NCBI GenBank assembly: GCA_030141605.1
Contig: JAQGDQ010000003.1
Coordinates: 2,914,001-2,978,000, forward strand
Origin: Tubiluchus corallicola
Taxonomy: Eukaryota; Animalia; Priapulida
Direction of reading: 5' to 3'
DNA: 64,000 nucleotides
This document shows positions 50,901 to 64,000 of this stretch, piece by piece; position 1 is the first letter of the stretch, and each line of letters begins with the position of its first letter. The position numbers and the translations under genes are program-made. Under the pieces are notes generated by a model. It did not search any database, was not told the origin of the DNA, and was given only the letters and a program-made list of their open reading frames with translations.

Positions 50901-53900
50901 TTCAGTAACTGGTTTACCCAAGTGTGGATTTTCTTTGTAATGACTATGATTGAATCCTTCAACACAGATATCTTGACTTCTATCCATGTTTTCAGTAACT
51001 GGTTTACCCAAGTGTGGATTTTCTTTGTAATGACTATGATTGAATCCTTCAACACAGATATCTTGACTTCTATCCATGTTTTCAGTAACTGGTTTACCCA
51101 AGTGTGGATTTTCTTTGTAATGACTATGATTGAATCCTTCGACACAGGTCTCTTGATTTCTATCCATGTTTTCAGTACCTGGTCTAACCAGGTGTGCATT
51201 TTCTTCAGATTCCACATGATGGAAGCCTTCAACAGTAAACTCATGACTTTTGTCCTTATTCTGGGAATCTGGTTTAGCTATATCTGGACTTTTTTTACAT
51301 TTGCCATAACGGAAGCCTTCAACAGTAAACTCGTGACCTTTGTCCGTAGTCTGAGAATCTGGTTTAACCATATGTGGACTTTCTTTCAAGTGACTACGAC
51401 CAAAACTTTCCGTACAAAATTCTTGGCTTCTCTTTGTGTGATGAAGACTACACTCATGCAAATAGTGATCACGTCTTTCAAGACTAAATTCCATATTTTT
51501 CTCTGCAGGAGATGCTGCAAGATCTGAATCGGAAGCTGTAAAATAAACACTGGATTCAAGCGTCACGGATTTCTCCACAAGTTCCCTGTCATCTGATGCA
51601 GAAATGTCGGCCGCATCTGACAGACGCAACCTTGAAGATACTCGTGTCAACTTTGTAGGAGAAGACGAAGTCTGAATGCCATTGACGACACTCGCAATAC
51701 CTTCAGGCACCTGAGATGGCCGAGGTAATCTTCTGGGACTGCTTAGCTGCGACTGATGGCTGTCAAGACAAGACTGTGGAACATTCTCTGCAGACAGCAA
51801 TGGTTTGTCACATGACTTGGAAAGAGCACAAAATGTTGATTCATTCTCTTCTGAATAAAGCCTCCTCTTTACCGCCTTTTGCAAAGAAGGTTCTGTGTCC
51901 AGCTTCTTGCCTCTAGCAGAACTTTTTCCTTTACTTGTGGATGCAGGAGAGTCGATCTTCCGGCAGGATCTTGATGGTGACAACATGCCCTTGCAAACGG
52001 AACCCGTTCCAGTTGACGATCTAGTTGCATGACGTCTACCTGACGGCGTCGCTATCTTCGCAGACGTTTGCTTATCTTTTCCAGTAACGTTTTCCTTATC
52101 AGATGCGTGACTATCGGGAGTAGAAGATTTTTTTGATGGGGTCACATTTGAGGTAACCGGAGAAAGTAAAGCCACTCTCTCTTCCTCTTCTTTTGATGGA
52201 GAAGATATGGGCACCTCATGGGATCCGAAATCACCTACCCTAAACGGAAAATATAGGTATTAATTTCAAATTCAAAATAAAACAAAATTAACTCATTTAA
52301 CCAAATAAATCAAATTCAAACCAAGTAAGCTAGTTCAAACTATTCTAAAAACGAACCTAGCAGTTTGGACACTACTACATACCGTCAAATCTAGCATCTG
52401 ATTACTATCAATAAGCCTTTTCACAGTTCCAGTGATTGATGATGATCATTGAAGGGTCAAAGGTTAAGTGTACCAGACGATACATTTGTGTATACTTGAT
52501 AACGGCCTACAGCTCACGCTATTGTAATAGTAACAGTTTTAACAGCTAGCTAAGACCTTACCTAGTTCATTTTTTCTTATTCCCAAGCAAGATCCTGCTA
52601 GTAAGTCACTCTATGCACAGACTAATGGATAATTAGTTATGTAAAACAATTGAAGTTACTGAAGTAATGCATTGCTTTACCCACACTTCATGTGACGATT
52701 GTAGTTAAGACGCGTTGCTGTTGTACACTTAACCTTTGACCTAGAGCAACAGTGGGTGTACACAACGAAACTACGAAAAGCCTTATTGAACAAATCTAGC
52801 TAGAATAGTTTAGCAGAAAGTTTTGGTTTAGTTTAAATTGCATTACATTAGGTTTGATTATAATCAAATTAAATACGATTACGCAGCTAAAGATTACACA
52901 GCAAGCAATAAATAACTTCTCTTTGAACCTAAACCTGCGAAGAACACCACATTACAAACACAACACTTTAAAAAAATACGAGGCATTTCAAATGAACTGC
53001 ACTTATTTAAAAAAAGCAATGCATCGAGAATTTGATTTTTTAAGAACAACAAGACTCCACAAATAATTTGAAAAAGCAGTTGCACGCACAGGTAAACAGT
53101 TAAATACTTCATATTTGAAACAATAGGTCATTATACGCCATAGTTTAAAACTGAGAAACAATTTTTATATTTATTATCATTTTTACTCTAAATTTATTTC
53201 GTACATTTAGAAGTACATATTATCATATAAAAAAATTAAAAACACTTAGCTACACTATGAAATTACGATATAAACTAATAAAATATTTACACATATGCAT
53301 ACATACAAATACACACGCAGACACGAAACGTCAACACAAAAGACAGATCATTAAAAAATGCAGAGGCATAAAACCCGATAAAACTTCAGCCTCTGCTGTT
53401 TCACTCAAAACAGCTTAAATAAAAAACTTTAGACAACTGTCAGAAGCTCATTAAAAAATACACATTTATGAGCTAACCTGAAAAAGGCATACAAGGCAAT
53501 GTTAAATTTAACCTATACTAAACCTGTACTAACCCACGGGAATGATCGGTTGAGTTCAATGTCTCAAGAAAACGGCTCCAGGATAAGTTATTATTCACTA
53601 AGTCATCGAGTGAAGCAAAATTCGACTCGTCATTTACAAATTCCTTGTGACGTTTGTCTGACAGATGCTGAAGAAAAACAAACTTGGTAAAATGTCTAAA
53701 TTGTGAAATGCACTTATGTTGATAAACAAGTAACGGTGAAACCGGAAATACTTAAAAAAGTCAGAGATATCAAGAAGCAGAGCTCACTTACGATTGCATC
53801 ACTGAAACTAGTCATGTTAGTTTCACGCCAGCTCTAGTAAAATTCGAAACTATAGTTAACAACTCACCATTTAAATCAGAAGAAAACCATCCACTTACTA

Positions 53901-56900
53901 AAAGCTAAAATCTTTCATATTAAAATTTGAGCGAGTAACAAAGTTTTTAAATCCCGTGTTTGTAGAGATTTTAAGTAGTTTTACTAGAAGTGAACGTTTT
54001 ATCTATTTACTCTGCACTTGCTGACTGCAAATAATAAAGATTAGTGTATGGGCAATGCATCTTTTCCCTCAAACATCTCCAGAAATTTTTAAGTGTGAAA
54101 TACACAACTTCCTGCCAAAGAGTGTTGACATAAAAACGTTAAACGGTAATGCAAAAAATGCAAACTCCAAGGTATTGTGGATCTCACCATCTGACGTGCA
54201 CACGTTCAGTTTGATTGAATGAAAACTTGGGCTTTCTACTTCTAGCAAGTGTGAGTTAATTAACGTACAAGAAAACCCTCCACTTACATGAAGCCTAAAA
54301 AATTCGTCTCGAAATTTTATACCACTTACGTACTACCTTTTCGTATGCATGGCTTGCATCGGCCGTAACACTGTATAAAACGTGTAAATTTAAACTCCAG
54401 TGATGACCGTTAGGCGCAGCCTGCTTCTACAAGCTACTATCGGAGTTTGAAAATAGGAGTTTTTTACAATTGCAGTATTAGTTTCTAGACAGAAAAGTGG
54501 GTAAGCAGTTATAACATTAAATTCTGGTGTTTTTTGGACATTTTCTTGATAATTTGTTGCTAAAACATAAAAGTCCAATATATTTAGTGCTGGTTTTTAT
54601 AAAATATGAAAAAATTGACATTTGACCAAATTTTTGGGTCGTTCTACTTTGAAGCATCATAATGTAGTTTTAACTATGCCGACTTATGGACGAGTTTGGT
54701 ATGCAAGCACACATATAACTAGAGCCCAGTGCCGTGCCGTTTCAGCTGAACACCGGCCGGTTTAATCCTACAATCGCATCAGCTGCTCAATGATGGAAGA
54801 TGAGCGAGCCGGCTGCAAAAATTTCCGCTCTTGCGATAATCACGTGACACTGCAAATCACTGAAAAGTCAGTCAACTTCAGCCGAGCTAGTTGAATTACT
54901 GTATGTCTCAGCTGATGTAGTAGCTACTGACAGATGATAGAAACTGATGATGGTCGAAAAACATATAATTGCTTCATGTGTCATGCTGCCTTTTTAGTAC
55001 GTATCGGGACACCTTTTATGTACTTGTTAACCCCAAACTTTTGAACCTCGCTACGCCCCTAATTTCTAGCTTAAGAATATATACAGAATCTCAAGCTGTG
55101 AACCCCAGGGTCACTGTTTCCCTTCAATCAGCCTCTGAGTCTTTTAAAAACATCAACTGACAAAACAGAAACCAAACAAACCTTTTCCAGAGAGTCATAA
55201 CTCACGCAACAACACTCGCAATAACCGCCTCTTTTGGCTTTGCTGTTCTGTCTTTGGAATTCCTCGCGAGTGACGAGTCGCCTCAATGAGCTGAAAAATT
55301 AATATCATCAAATGTAATTTACAGGGATGAGAACGACAAATTGCAAAAAACTCTGAAACAGGCCGGGGGTTTGGGGGCTGCCTAGGCCTCCAATGGGGTT
55401 CAAGGGAGCCCCCTTGGAGCCAGAAACAAACTGCAATTTTGTGACCATAGAGCCTCTAAGTGGACTTAAAATATCAATTACCTTGTTTCATGCATAATTT
55501 AAAATACCCAACTATCAAGGATACATGATAACTAATTGTCTCAAAAACACCTAAGTACTGGCCGCTCCTATGCAAAAGTATATAAAAACTGTCTGCAATT
55601 GACTCAAATAACTCCGCACAATTGATTCTATATTTTTATACATAGAGATCTACACGTGGTTACGCTGATGTACGTGATGTAGACAAAGTGACGTCCTGCC
55701 ACCTAGCGGTCAGCTTGTGAAATAATGTACTGGGTCCGTAGAAATTTTCTTAACAAATTTACGCGATTTACAAAAATGACACTACTGGTCTTCCAAAAAC
55801 TCGGAATTCCGCTTATCTGCCGAAAATTCTCATCCCTGTAACTGGGGATGCATGGGATCCATTTATGCTAGATCCGGTTCTGCACGTGTCTGATCCGGTT
55901 CCGGACCTACAAGTTAATGTAAACAATGTTTCATTTGTTTAGTTAAGCGGTTCATAACATTTTACTAGAAATGTACCCTTTCGAAACTCAGCGATGTGCT
56001 GCATACCCCTAACATTTTTAGCAATACAAGTTTGAGTTAGCAACTGTGAAGAAACATGATTTAATTACACAAGCAAAACTGATAAACGAAACAACAAATT
56101 CAAGAACAAGATGCAAGAAAAAAGACGATCGGATGTGAACTCAGAAGACGAACTTGCAGTCGAACATTTGTGTAGACTCAATGGCCGTTTCGTTGACGGG
56201 GACTTTTCCAAAAACTACCGCCAATGCATTTGCTGTGCCAAACATCTATTTTACTTCTAGATTGTTCTGGTATTGTCCATTTGCATTGATATATAAGGCG
56301 GAGCTGGCCGCTCGTTGTTATTCTCAGATTCTCGCTTTCTCGCATTCCTGCTTCCAGATTATCGTATGCAATTTTCCTATCACTTGACTGTACATATTCT
56401 GAGTTCCTTCATACTTTGTGTTGTGAAATTCTCACACAATAAAGAAACATAGAGTGCACAGTGAATTACGCAAAAAACGCTCTTGTGTTGCAAGAACAAT
56501 TACATTTTAAAATACAAACAAACATGATGTTTAAGGATTTAAATCTTGTAGCACACTCTTTCCTCCACCACGGGGCTGTTACTCCCGTAAATTTCGTACT
56601 CCCTACGTGTACGCTGTACGGCAAAAAAGAACATTCTGACATGTTACACGACACAACTTTCGCGTTCCCCTGGCTAAGCTGTTTCGTACCCCCAACGGGT
56701 ACTCGTACCCCAAGTTAGAAACCACTGGTTTAGCCTTATGTACATGTTGTTGCATCGTCTGTCCATTTTCAAGGTCGCACTGAATAACTTGAAGTGAAAA
56801 ACTGTAAACATTGATGCACTGTAACTTTGTTTGGTTTGAAGTAAAACAAATGCCAAACTATACTCTTATTTGAAGTAGACGGCTCTAAATTTTTAGCAGA

Positions 56901-59900
56901 CATTTTTGCGGCAATAGCAGTATCCTTGCATGCTCCTTGCTGCATGCAACCACAACATGAAGATTACTAGTATTACTTATGCTACAAGCATTGCGGCATA
57001 AAAACTAAGCAATACTTTCGTAAATTTTTGAAAATTTTAATAGAAATCTTCATATTCTTTAAACAACTTAAAACTATTCCGGTAATTTAAACTATTTTGA
57101 ATATTTTTTATTACCCGCTCCAATTTTTTCACAATTGGTGTGTAATAGAAACAATGCAAAATCTGATGAACATTTTTCGCTGGATCCGGATCCGTAGATC
57201 CATTAAAATTACCAGATTTCGGAATCTGATATGCTGCTCGGTATCACCAATATTTATGACTTGCTATCATTAATATTCGATTTTGCTATCATTCAAAATC
57301 GGCCCAAACAAGGCCAATGCCCACTCAATGTAAAGAGCGGGTTCTTACCTATTTAAAATTGCTAACTTACCATTTTGCTGACGCTCCAGGTCCAGTTCTT
57401 GGCTCACCGGTGGTATTGGGAGTGTAATCAAAGGACATTTTCATTTCCACTTCCGCACCGGCCTCTCGACTAGCTGGACTAAACACTCGTTGAACATCGA
57501 ACGGGCTAGCGCCTTTAGGGCAGTCAATGGACAAGCGAGGCCACGACATCGTTTCTTTATAAAACGGCCTGTAGTGCCTATAATAATAAACTATTCGAAA
57601 TTGCAGAGAAAAAATGTTTCTGATAGTAGAGCAAAACTATAAAAATGATTCATACCAACAATCAGTTCAGATTCACTTTTCAGTTGGAATTTAAGGAGAC
57701 TGGTAACGAACTCACAGAAAAAAGTCACAATTAATTTTGGCCAAGGTTAGGTTTAGTGGCGAAGGTTGGGGGATTAGGATTCTGGTTAGGATTAGGAGGG
57801 GTGAGGAGCTTTCATTCTTGTGACTTTATTTCCTGTGACTGTTTTCTGTGATTTTTTTTACCTGTGACTTTTTTACCTGTGACTTTTTTCTGTGATTTTT
57901 TTACCTGTGAACTTTTTACCTGGATTCGAGCTTAGACGACTGATTTGTTAAAAAAAAAATGTGAACATTAAAATTTAGATTGAATAACATACCAGGCTTT
58001 ACCAGCCAAGAACAGACAAATTTGAAATGTAAAACATGGCATTACATGCTAATAACGCCACACGACTTATATTTGGGAGCATCCACAGGAGCAAGAAAGT
58101 TTAAAACAAAATTTATTCTAGCCAAAGCCTATTTACAGCAAAGAAAACTCTTTACTTGCATTAAGCTAAAAAAATTTGACTTGAAATTTTCTATCGCCTA
58201 GGAATTAGCAGGAATAATGTAGAAAACTTGCAAATTTAAACTGTTGCAATGACCATTAGGTGCAGCCATTTTGCCGGCAAGTCGTTTCAAACAAGTCTAG
58301 ATAAGATTGCATAAAGTTTGAAAAAGTAGTCACAGCACTCGGAGCGCACACTTCACTAATTAAGCAAAAATATAAATTACCGTTTTTGTCAATGAGATTA
58401 AAAATACATATTTAGTGAGTCAGTATGCTCTCATACTTACTTTTTCTCATAAATTTTTCTATATTACACTTTTTAATACTTATTTTTTCTTTCCATACTC
58501 TCAGTTTTTTTAACTTTACTCACTAACCTTGGTCAAATTCCCTTGTTAATAACCCCATTTGAAACTACTACATATAATAATCGTAATTACTGAATAATTG
58601 TATTGTTTTGTTTAAATTTTGGTATTTAACTTTATTATTTTTTTTGTTTTCAGTTCTTTTCAGATAATTTGTATAATTTATACTGTTTTTATTATTATTT
58701 TTTTTCTTATTTGTTTTTGTTATCTGCAGCATCACCGTTAATTTTTAATAGACTAATCTACTTATAAGAAAGGGTAGGAGACTAGATGACCCTATGGTCC
58801 TTCCCTGCCCTGCTCCATGATTATAATTACTTCATATTTGTCTATGTCTATGAAGCACACTAGTAAGGCGAGTCCGGTCTACATTACCTAGTTAAATAAA
58901 TATTTCAGGCTGACAAGGGTTATGCTGTATAACATAACTTTAAGTAGAAATTTTTTCGGGACATACTTTAAACTTGCCTTTTCTTACCTAAGGCAAAGGT
59001 GATTAAAATTACAGTTTCAGCAAAAGTAAGAAAAGACCTAAGCATCCTATACAGAAGTTTAAAGATGTCTTCTGTCTAAAATAAAAAGTAAAAGAAAGGT
59101 AGAAACACGTGTGCTTGTTATAGTTTACAAACGACAGGTATTGACAATTGTTAAAAAAAAATAATACAGACAGGGTTAATTGAAACCAATTCAAAGCTGG
59201 GCAACTGCTGACAGCTAGAAAGCAGCAAGAGTACTGTACATGTATTTTATATTAAACTGATTTCTTAAAAATGTCAGACAAAATAATAATAAAGAAAGAA
59301 ACGGTTGATTCCCAATAAGATTGTGCTATATGCAGCATCTTAATGACATATGTAATTAGAACACTCACAATCATGGTAATGAGCCAATAAGACCTTTTCA
59401 CAGTTTCATTGTGCACAGGCGCAGTTGCAGTAAGTCAAAGGCTAAGTGTATCACAGCAATGTGTCTTTACTACGACCGTCACGTGACGTGTGGATAAAGC
59501 AAAGCTCTGTACTGCATTAGTTCAATAACTTCATTCATTTTACATGGATTTTTACTTAATCATGCATTAGAGTGATTTACTAGCAGGATCTTGCTTGGGA
59601 GCAAAACAAAATGAACTAGGTAAGGTTCTACCTAGCTGTTAAAACCGTTACTATTACAATAGCATGGGCTGCGAGGCGTTGTCAAGTGTACACAAATGCG
59701 CTGTCTGGTACACTTAGCGTTTTATCACGATCATCGTCAATCGCCGGAACTGTGAAAAGGCTTATTCTCAATTGTTTAAGCTCACGTACTTTGACTCATC
59801 CTCCACCTTGATAAACGCCTGCTTCAATTTCCGTCCAGCAACTTCTGCTTGTTTCCGTTCACCACCCGTTCTCTTGTCAACGGCGAATAATTCTGGATAA

Positions 59901-62055
59901 GCAGCCTTATTCTTAGACAGCCATTTGGTCACCACTAATGAATTTGTCAGTCAAGAGAAATCTTTAAAAAGGACTTCAGCAATGGTAAATAACTTCATTT
60001 CTTAAAATGAAAATAACAATCAGCATGCACTTAACAGGGATGAGAATGACAATTCGCAAAAAACTCTGAAAGAGGCCGGGGTTTTGGGGCCACCTAGGCC
60101 CCCAATGGGGTTGAGGGGAAAGCCCCCTGGACCCAGCAACAAATTGCAATTTTGTGACCATAGAGAGCCTCTAAGGAGACTTAAAATATCAATTACCTTG
60201 TTTCATGCATAATTTAAAATACCCAACTATCAAGGATACATGATACCTAATTGTCTCAAAAATGCCTAAGTACAGGCCACTCCTATGCAAAAGTATATAA
60301 AAACTGTCTGCAATTGACTCAAATAACTCCGCACAATTGATTCTATATTTTTATACATAGAGATCTACACGTGGTTACACTGATGTACGTGATGTAAACA
60401 AAGTGACGGCGGCCTGCCAACTAGCGGTCAGTTTGTGAAATAATGTACTGGGTCCGTAAAAATTTTCTCAACGAATTTATGCGATTTACAAACATGGCAC
60501 TACTGGTCTTCCAAAAACTCGGAATTCCGCGTATCCGTGGAAAATTCCCATCCCTGACTTAATCAAAGACATGGCTTTTATACACACACGGACAATTGCA
60601 ATGTTTCAACCACTTAAGCTGACATTCACACAACAATTCACCTACATATCGTGTGACACGAAGGCAAATGACAGAAAAAAACAGTTACGTTATTCCAATG
60701 AAGTTCATTCTCTGACAAATGCCTGTGGGTGGTAATAAGAGAAATCTTTTATGCCATTTTTTCTTCGCTTTTGTGCACTGTAATGTATATAGAAACAATC
60801 GTGTCAAGTACCCATTTTTTTCTTAGCCGGTACATTTATCATATGCTAATATGCCAGCGTAGCGTTTTTGCTTTAAAAGTGTCACTGGCCCATCTGTGCA
60901 GTTAACCTCGTTGCCCAAAAAGTAGCAATGACGTTATCTGTACAAGCGTAAATATCAAAGAGCAACTAAGAGCACAGAGCTAACTTTGTTGAATAGAAAA
61001 TAAGCATAAAAACTTCACATTTAAGGCTTAGGCTTTGCAGTCCATACTAAGCCGAGGACTGATGACTCATACTGATATACACGTAATATAGGTTTTACAT
61101 GTCAAATGCAGACCTGCGTTAACTCAAATGTAGATTTAGGTAGTTCAAATGTGTTAACAATGGTTTTCAAGAAATCTTAAGCGTTTTTGGTAAGTCAAAT
61201 GTAGACACATGTCAAGTCAAATGTGACATTGGTATCTCAAATGTGGATAGGTGGTAAATTTAAGGATGTTAAATTTAATCTCCTTTAATCTTAATTTAAT
61301 AATTGCTGTGAAAATAATAACTTTATAGGTCTACTAATAGTTCACTAATATTCTGTAAACTTTACATACCATTGGAACTGTTAGAGAAAACAATATGTTC
61401 TTAAAATAAACAATGTTTCTTGAGAGAAACTAATTCATTAATGTAGTGCTAATGCATTACTTAAAAAACTTATTAGTGATTCACTGTTCTTTGGGAAGGG
61501 TTAAACTACACATTTTTCAAAGTTATGAAAGAGGTGACGACTATCTTCGGTTTATCTTTTTGCAATTTGCACTCAAATGAGCTAATTACCTATTTATTCA
61601 AGGTAATGCATCTACATTTGACTTACCTAAGTCACATTTGAGTTACCAAAACACATTCAAAATTCCTATGTCTACATTTGACTTACCTAAGTCACATTTG
61701 AACTTTCCTGTGTCTACATTTGACATGTAAAACCTATACTACATATTTTGGCTAATAGATTCAGTCGATTGATTAGTTTAAAACTCTTCCATCCTAAAGT
61801 GACTCTATTAAGAATCACCTAAATCAATAGTCAATCCCAACGACACGTGAAATTACTAAAATTCTTCTGAAAACAATAAAAGCTAAAAAGATACGGTCAA
61901 CATGTCGTACATTAATTCCCCACAGCTGTGCTTTTGCTAGCACACTAGATAAACCGAAAGGTGGCACATTCGATCCACCTGTAGCTTTCTCCACAAGTGT
62001 TCGTCCTCGGGTAGGGACCGGAGCCACTTCACCTCCATCAGCAAGAGAATCTGTT
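47599..62055 (-). CDS. DBF4: DBF4/chiffon-like CDC7 kinase activator, 5'-incomplete, >=1596 aa
   Basis: Exons 62055-61895, 59934-59790, 57577-57371, 55290-55182, 53667-53534, 52239-48579, 47973-47599 are all in phase. Motif N end SSVLAKAQLWGINVRHVD; motif M FIKVEDESKHYRPFYKE..WP; motif C zinc finger GYCECCCVSYDSLEKHLSDKRHKEF..NFASLD. Confidence 0.9.
48579..52239 (-). CDS. DBF4: DBF4 giant 3661-nt exon, low-complexity S/T-P-rich tail with 30-aa repeats
   Basis: Overlaps ORF 48558..52214; acceptor tttag 52240-52241, donor gtaatt 48578; phases match neighbours. Confidence 0.85.
50310..51480 (-). repeat. Coding 90-bp tandem repeat (KENPHLGKPVTENMDRSQDICVEGFNHSHY), 9 near-identical plus ~3-4 diverged units
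   Basis: 90-nt periodicity visible at 50382-51210, diverged at both edges. Confidence 0.97.
52410..52788. mobile_element. MITE with aataagccttttc TIRs; inverted second copy at ~59386-59766
   Basis: caataagccttttc / gaaaagccttattg; internal block matches the reverse complement of ~59570-59760. Confidence 0.75.
53534..53667 (-). CDS. DBF4: DBF4 exon (HLSDKRHKEFVNDESNFASLDDLV)
   Basis: ttcag/gttag; second half of the zinc finger. Confidence 0.9.
55182..55290 (-). CDS. DBF4: DBF4 exon (KRGGYCECCCVSYDSLEK)
   Basis: ttcag/gtttg; first half of the DBF4 zinc finger. Confidence 0.9.
55322..55838. mobile_element. TIR MITE (cagggatgagaa), near-identical second copy at 60035-60556
   Basis: cagggatgagaa / ttctcatccctg; two highly similar ~520-bp copies in DBF4 introns. 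Confidence 0.88.
57371..57577 (-). CDS. DBF4: DBF4 exon (HYRPFYKETMSWPRL..SPFD)
   Basis: tatag/gtaag; motif M. Confidence 0.88.
59790..59934 (-). CDS. DBF4: DBF4 exon (..RKLKQAFIKVEDES)
   Basis: attag/gtacg; start of motif M. Confidence 0.87.
60035..60556. mobile_element. TIR MITE (cagggatgagaa family)
   Basis: TIRs plus flanking acttaa duplication. Confidence 0.88.
61087..61738. mobile_element. Third copy of the TATAGG-TIR element, without the expanded satellite
   Basis: Same TIRs; internal sequence is the reverse complement of ~1800-2420. Confidence 0.9.
61895..62055 (-). CDS. DBF4: DBF4 exon (end of motif N/BRCT-like region)
   Basis: RGRTLVEKA..SSVLAKAQLWGINVRHVD; tttag/gtatc. Confidence 0.85.
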
Positions 62056-63314
62056 CTAAAAAAGTCGATTCCAATTATCAATCGACAATTATTCCATTTT
62101 AAAAATTACTTGCACATAGCGTTAAAGACAAAACAAAAGCAAGGCTTTAATTTGGCAGACATGAACAAGACATGCGTGAAAGATTTTCTCCATTATGTAA
62201 AAGCAATGTCGCTAACTGTGCTCACGCACAAGTAATTAAGTTTCTTGGCTAACAGTCAAACAGAAGTAACATTTTCGGAAATGCATTGCACAAAAAACAA
62301 GTGCTGTACCTCTTAGTTCAGATGTGTTAGTATGTTCGACAGCTCATGCTTGAGCACAGTGGAAACTTTGAAATTAGAATTTTTATCTTAAAACTTGCCT
62401 AGCTTTAGTACAACACACTGAATATCTTACAGTAGTACTGTACTTCAATTTTCGCTTTCGCAAACACGCACGACACGCTCGTGGAATATTGTTGCTGTTG
62501 AAAATTATGTTAGCTTGTGATGTTATCACTAGTTGGGTTCGTCCGCCATTAATTAAGTTTTTAGTCTATTAGAAATCTTTTGCAGTACTAATTGTGTTAA
62601 AATATATACTTTTTACTGGACTTGAAAATGGGGTAGTATACGAAAATTCATCCTATCTTCCTTTAAGGGATGACCAACAAATTCTGCTATTTCTGTTTCC
62701 CCATGAGACAAAATGCAGTGATTTTAAAGTGTTGCCTACTTCTGATGGAATGGGCTATCTTGTCCCTGATTCACATATCTCTTGTCCTTTGCATCAACTT
62801 GGTTTGTTATGATGAAATTCACGTCTTTGCAGAGAAACTTTTCTATTGTCTACATAAATAAAACGAAATGCAAATCAAAGCAAAATGACAAACTTAAAAA
62901 ATATACACAACAAAAACGTCGTCGTAGTACTTACAGTTAGTTAATGTACAACGTGATGACATCTTAACAAACATTATACAAAAATCTTACAAGTGTGTCG
63001 TTCGCAGCGTTTCCAATTCCAAACTTGTTTCACAACTCTTTACATGGCTTCGTAACACACACTTTCGAAAAAAGCTTTACAAATCACATCTTCATACAGG
63101 CTAAATGGCTTCACATATCACGCTTCTGAAAAACAACTTCATAACTCTTCACGCATGTTTACAGATGCTTCTCACTTCCATGACACAAGTCGACCTAGCT
63201 TTGAAACATTTATCATGGTAATATTTGGAGCATCACCAAAAAAAGAAAATTGATAAACGTTTTGCTCCAAAACATTATGAGAGTCTGGGCTACCTATAAA
63301 AGTAAGCAAAAATA

Positions 63315-63819
63315 CAGTAGTACCTCCGTTTTCGACCATAATTCGTTCCTAAAGTGTTTAAAAACCGATTTGGTTGAGTACCGAATCATTTATTCTCATA
63401 AGAAATAATGTAAAAGCAAATAATCCGTTCTCAAGCACCAAATGAACTGTTAAGTATTACTAAAACGAAATATAATAATCCAAAAATGTTTATTCAAACA
63501 GTAGCTATAACTGATAAAAAACATAATAGAATTACTTTGAAAGAACAACATAATTGTTCCTGCACGGAAAAGCGGAGAAAAATAAGCGTAGATATCACAT
63601 AGCGATATTAGGCGATTCAAATCTTGTACGTGACTACTCTCGGCTGCGGTCAGTTACGCTCGGCTCTACTCGGCTCGCTGTGCATGTCTTCGTCACGTGT
63701 TTGGCAGTTGGCCGAGTGCCGAAATCCTGGTCGAGAGCAAAGACAATTTCAGCTCGAATTTTCTGGTCGAAAACCGATTTGTCCGAGTACGGAGACGTTC
63801 GACAACGGAGGTACGACTG
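63315..63819. mobile_element. Tigger/pogo-like MITE
   Basis: ta-cagtagtacctccgtt / aacggaggtacgactg-ta; inverted partial copy at ~28250-28385. Confidence 0.88.
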
Positions 63820-64000
63820 TACCAGAAGAAAAGAGCTCTGGCAGCCAAGTCAGTGACACTACGTACTGACTACTATAACTATGTGTTAGAGGATTGCTAG
63901 GATTTCCTACACAATATAGGGCTTTCTTGTTATAGGATTTCCTAGACAAACCTGTATATTTATTTTTGTATTCAAATGGGAATTTCAGTTTTTCACTTTT

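Noticed and set aside
50369-51527. 291-aa (-) and 381-aa (+) ORFs overlapping the DBF4 repeat, suggesting dual coding
   Set aside because: A single stop-free 90-nt unit amplified in tandem keeps alternate frames open automatically; both close soon outside the array
54944-54962. ctgatga-tggtc-gaaa hammerhead-like core
   Set aside because: No room for stem II and no flanking stems I/III seen
62100-64000. Upstream DBF4 exons (start of motif N)
   Set aside because: No convincing in-phase exon with DBF4 motifs found; the start probably lies beyond the window

Overview
AT-rich, intron- and transposon-dense animal (probably marine invertebrate) genomic DNA, not prokaryotic. Three spliced genes can be rebuilt by hand with GT-AG sites and consistent phases. 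(1) A minus-strand CatSper4-type sperm Ca2+ channel subunit (3 coding exons, ~481 aa, 1463-7916). (2) A plus-strand thioredoxin-glutathione reductase selenoprotein (16 coding exons, 599 aa, 13236-40457) with an N-terminal CPFC glutaredoxin domain, CVNVGC, a C-terminal GCUG with in-frame UGA, a type II SECIS at ~40836-40883 and an extra stem-loop right after the stop codon. (3) A 5'-incomplete minus-strand DBF4/chiffon-like CDC7 activator (>=1596 aa, 47599->62055) whose 3.7 kb exon carries a 30-aa KEN-containing tandem repeat. CatSper4 and TGR are divergent and may share a promoter near 8.1 kb. Introns and spacers are filled with MITEs (TA, TTAA and 8-bp TSD classes), Helitron-like ends, Penelope/CR1/RTE retroelement remnants, a solo LTR and many minisatellites. 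Most other ORFs in the track are repeat artefacts. All calls are by eye; no searches were run.
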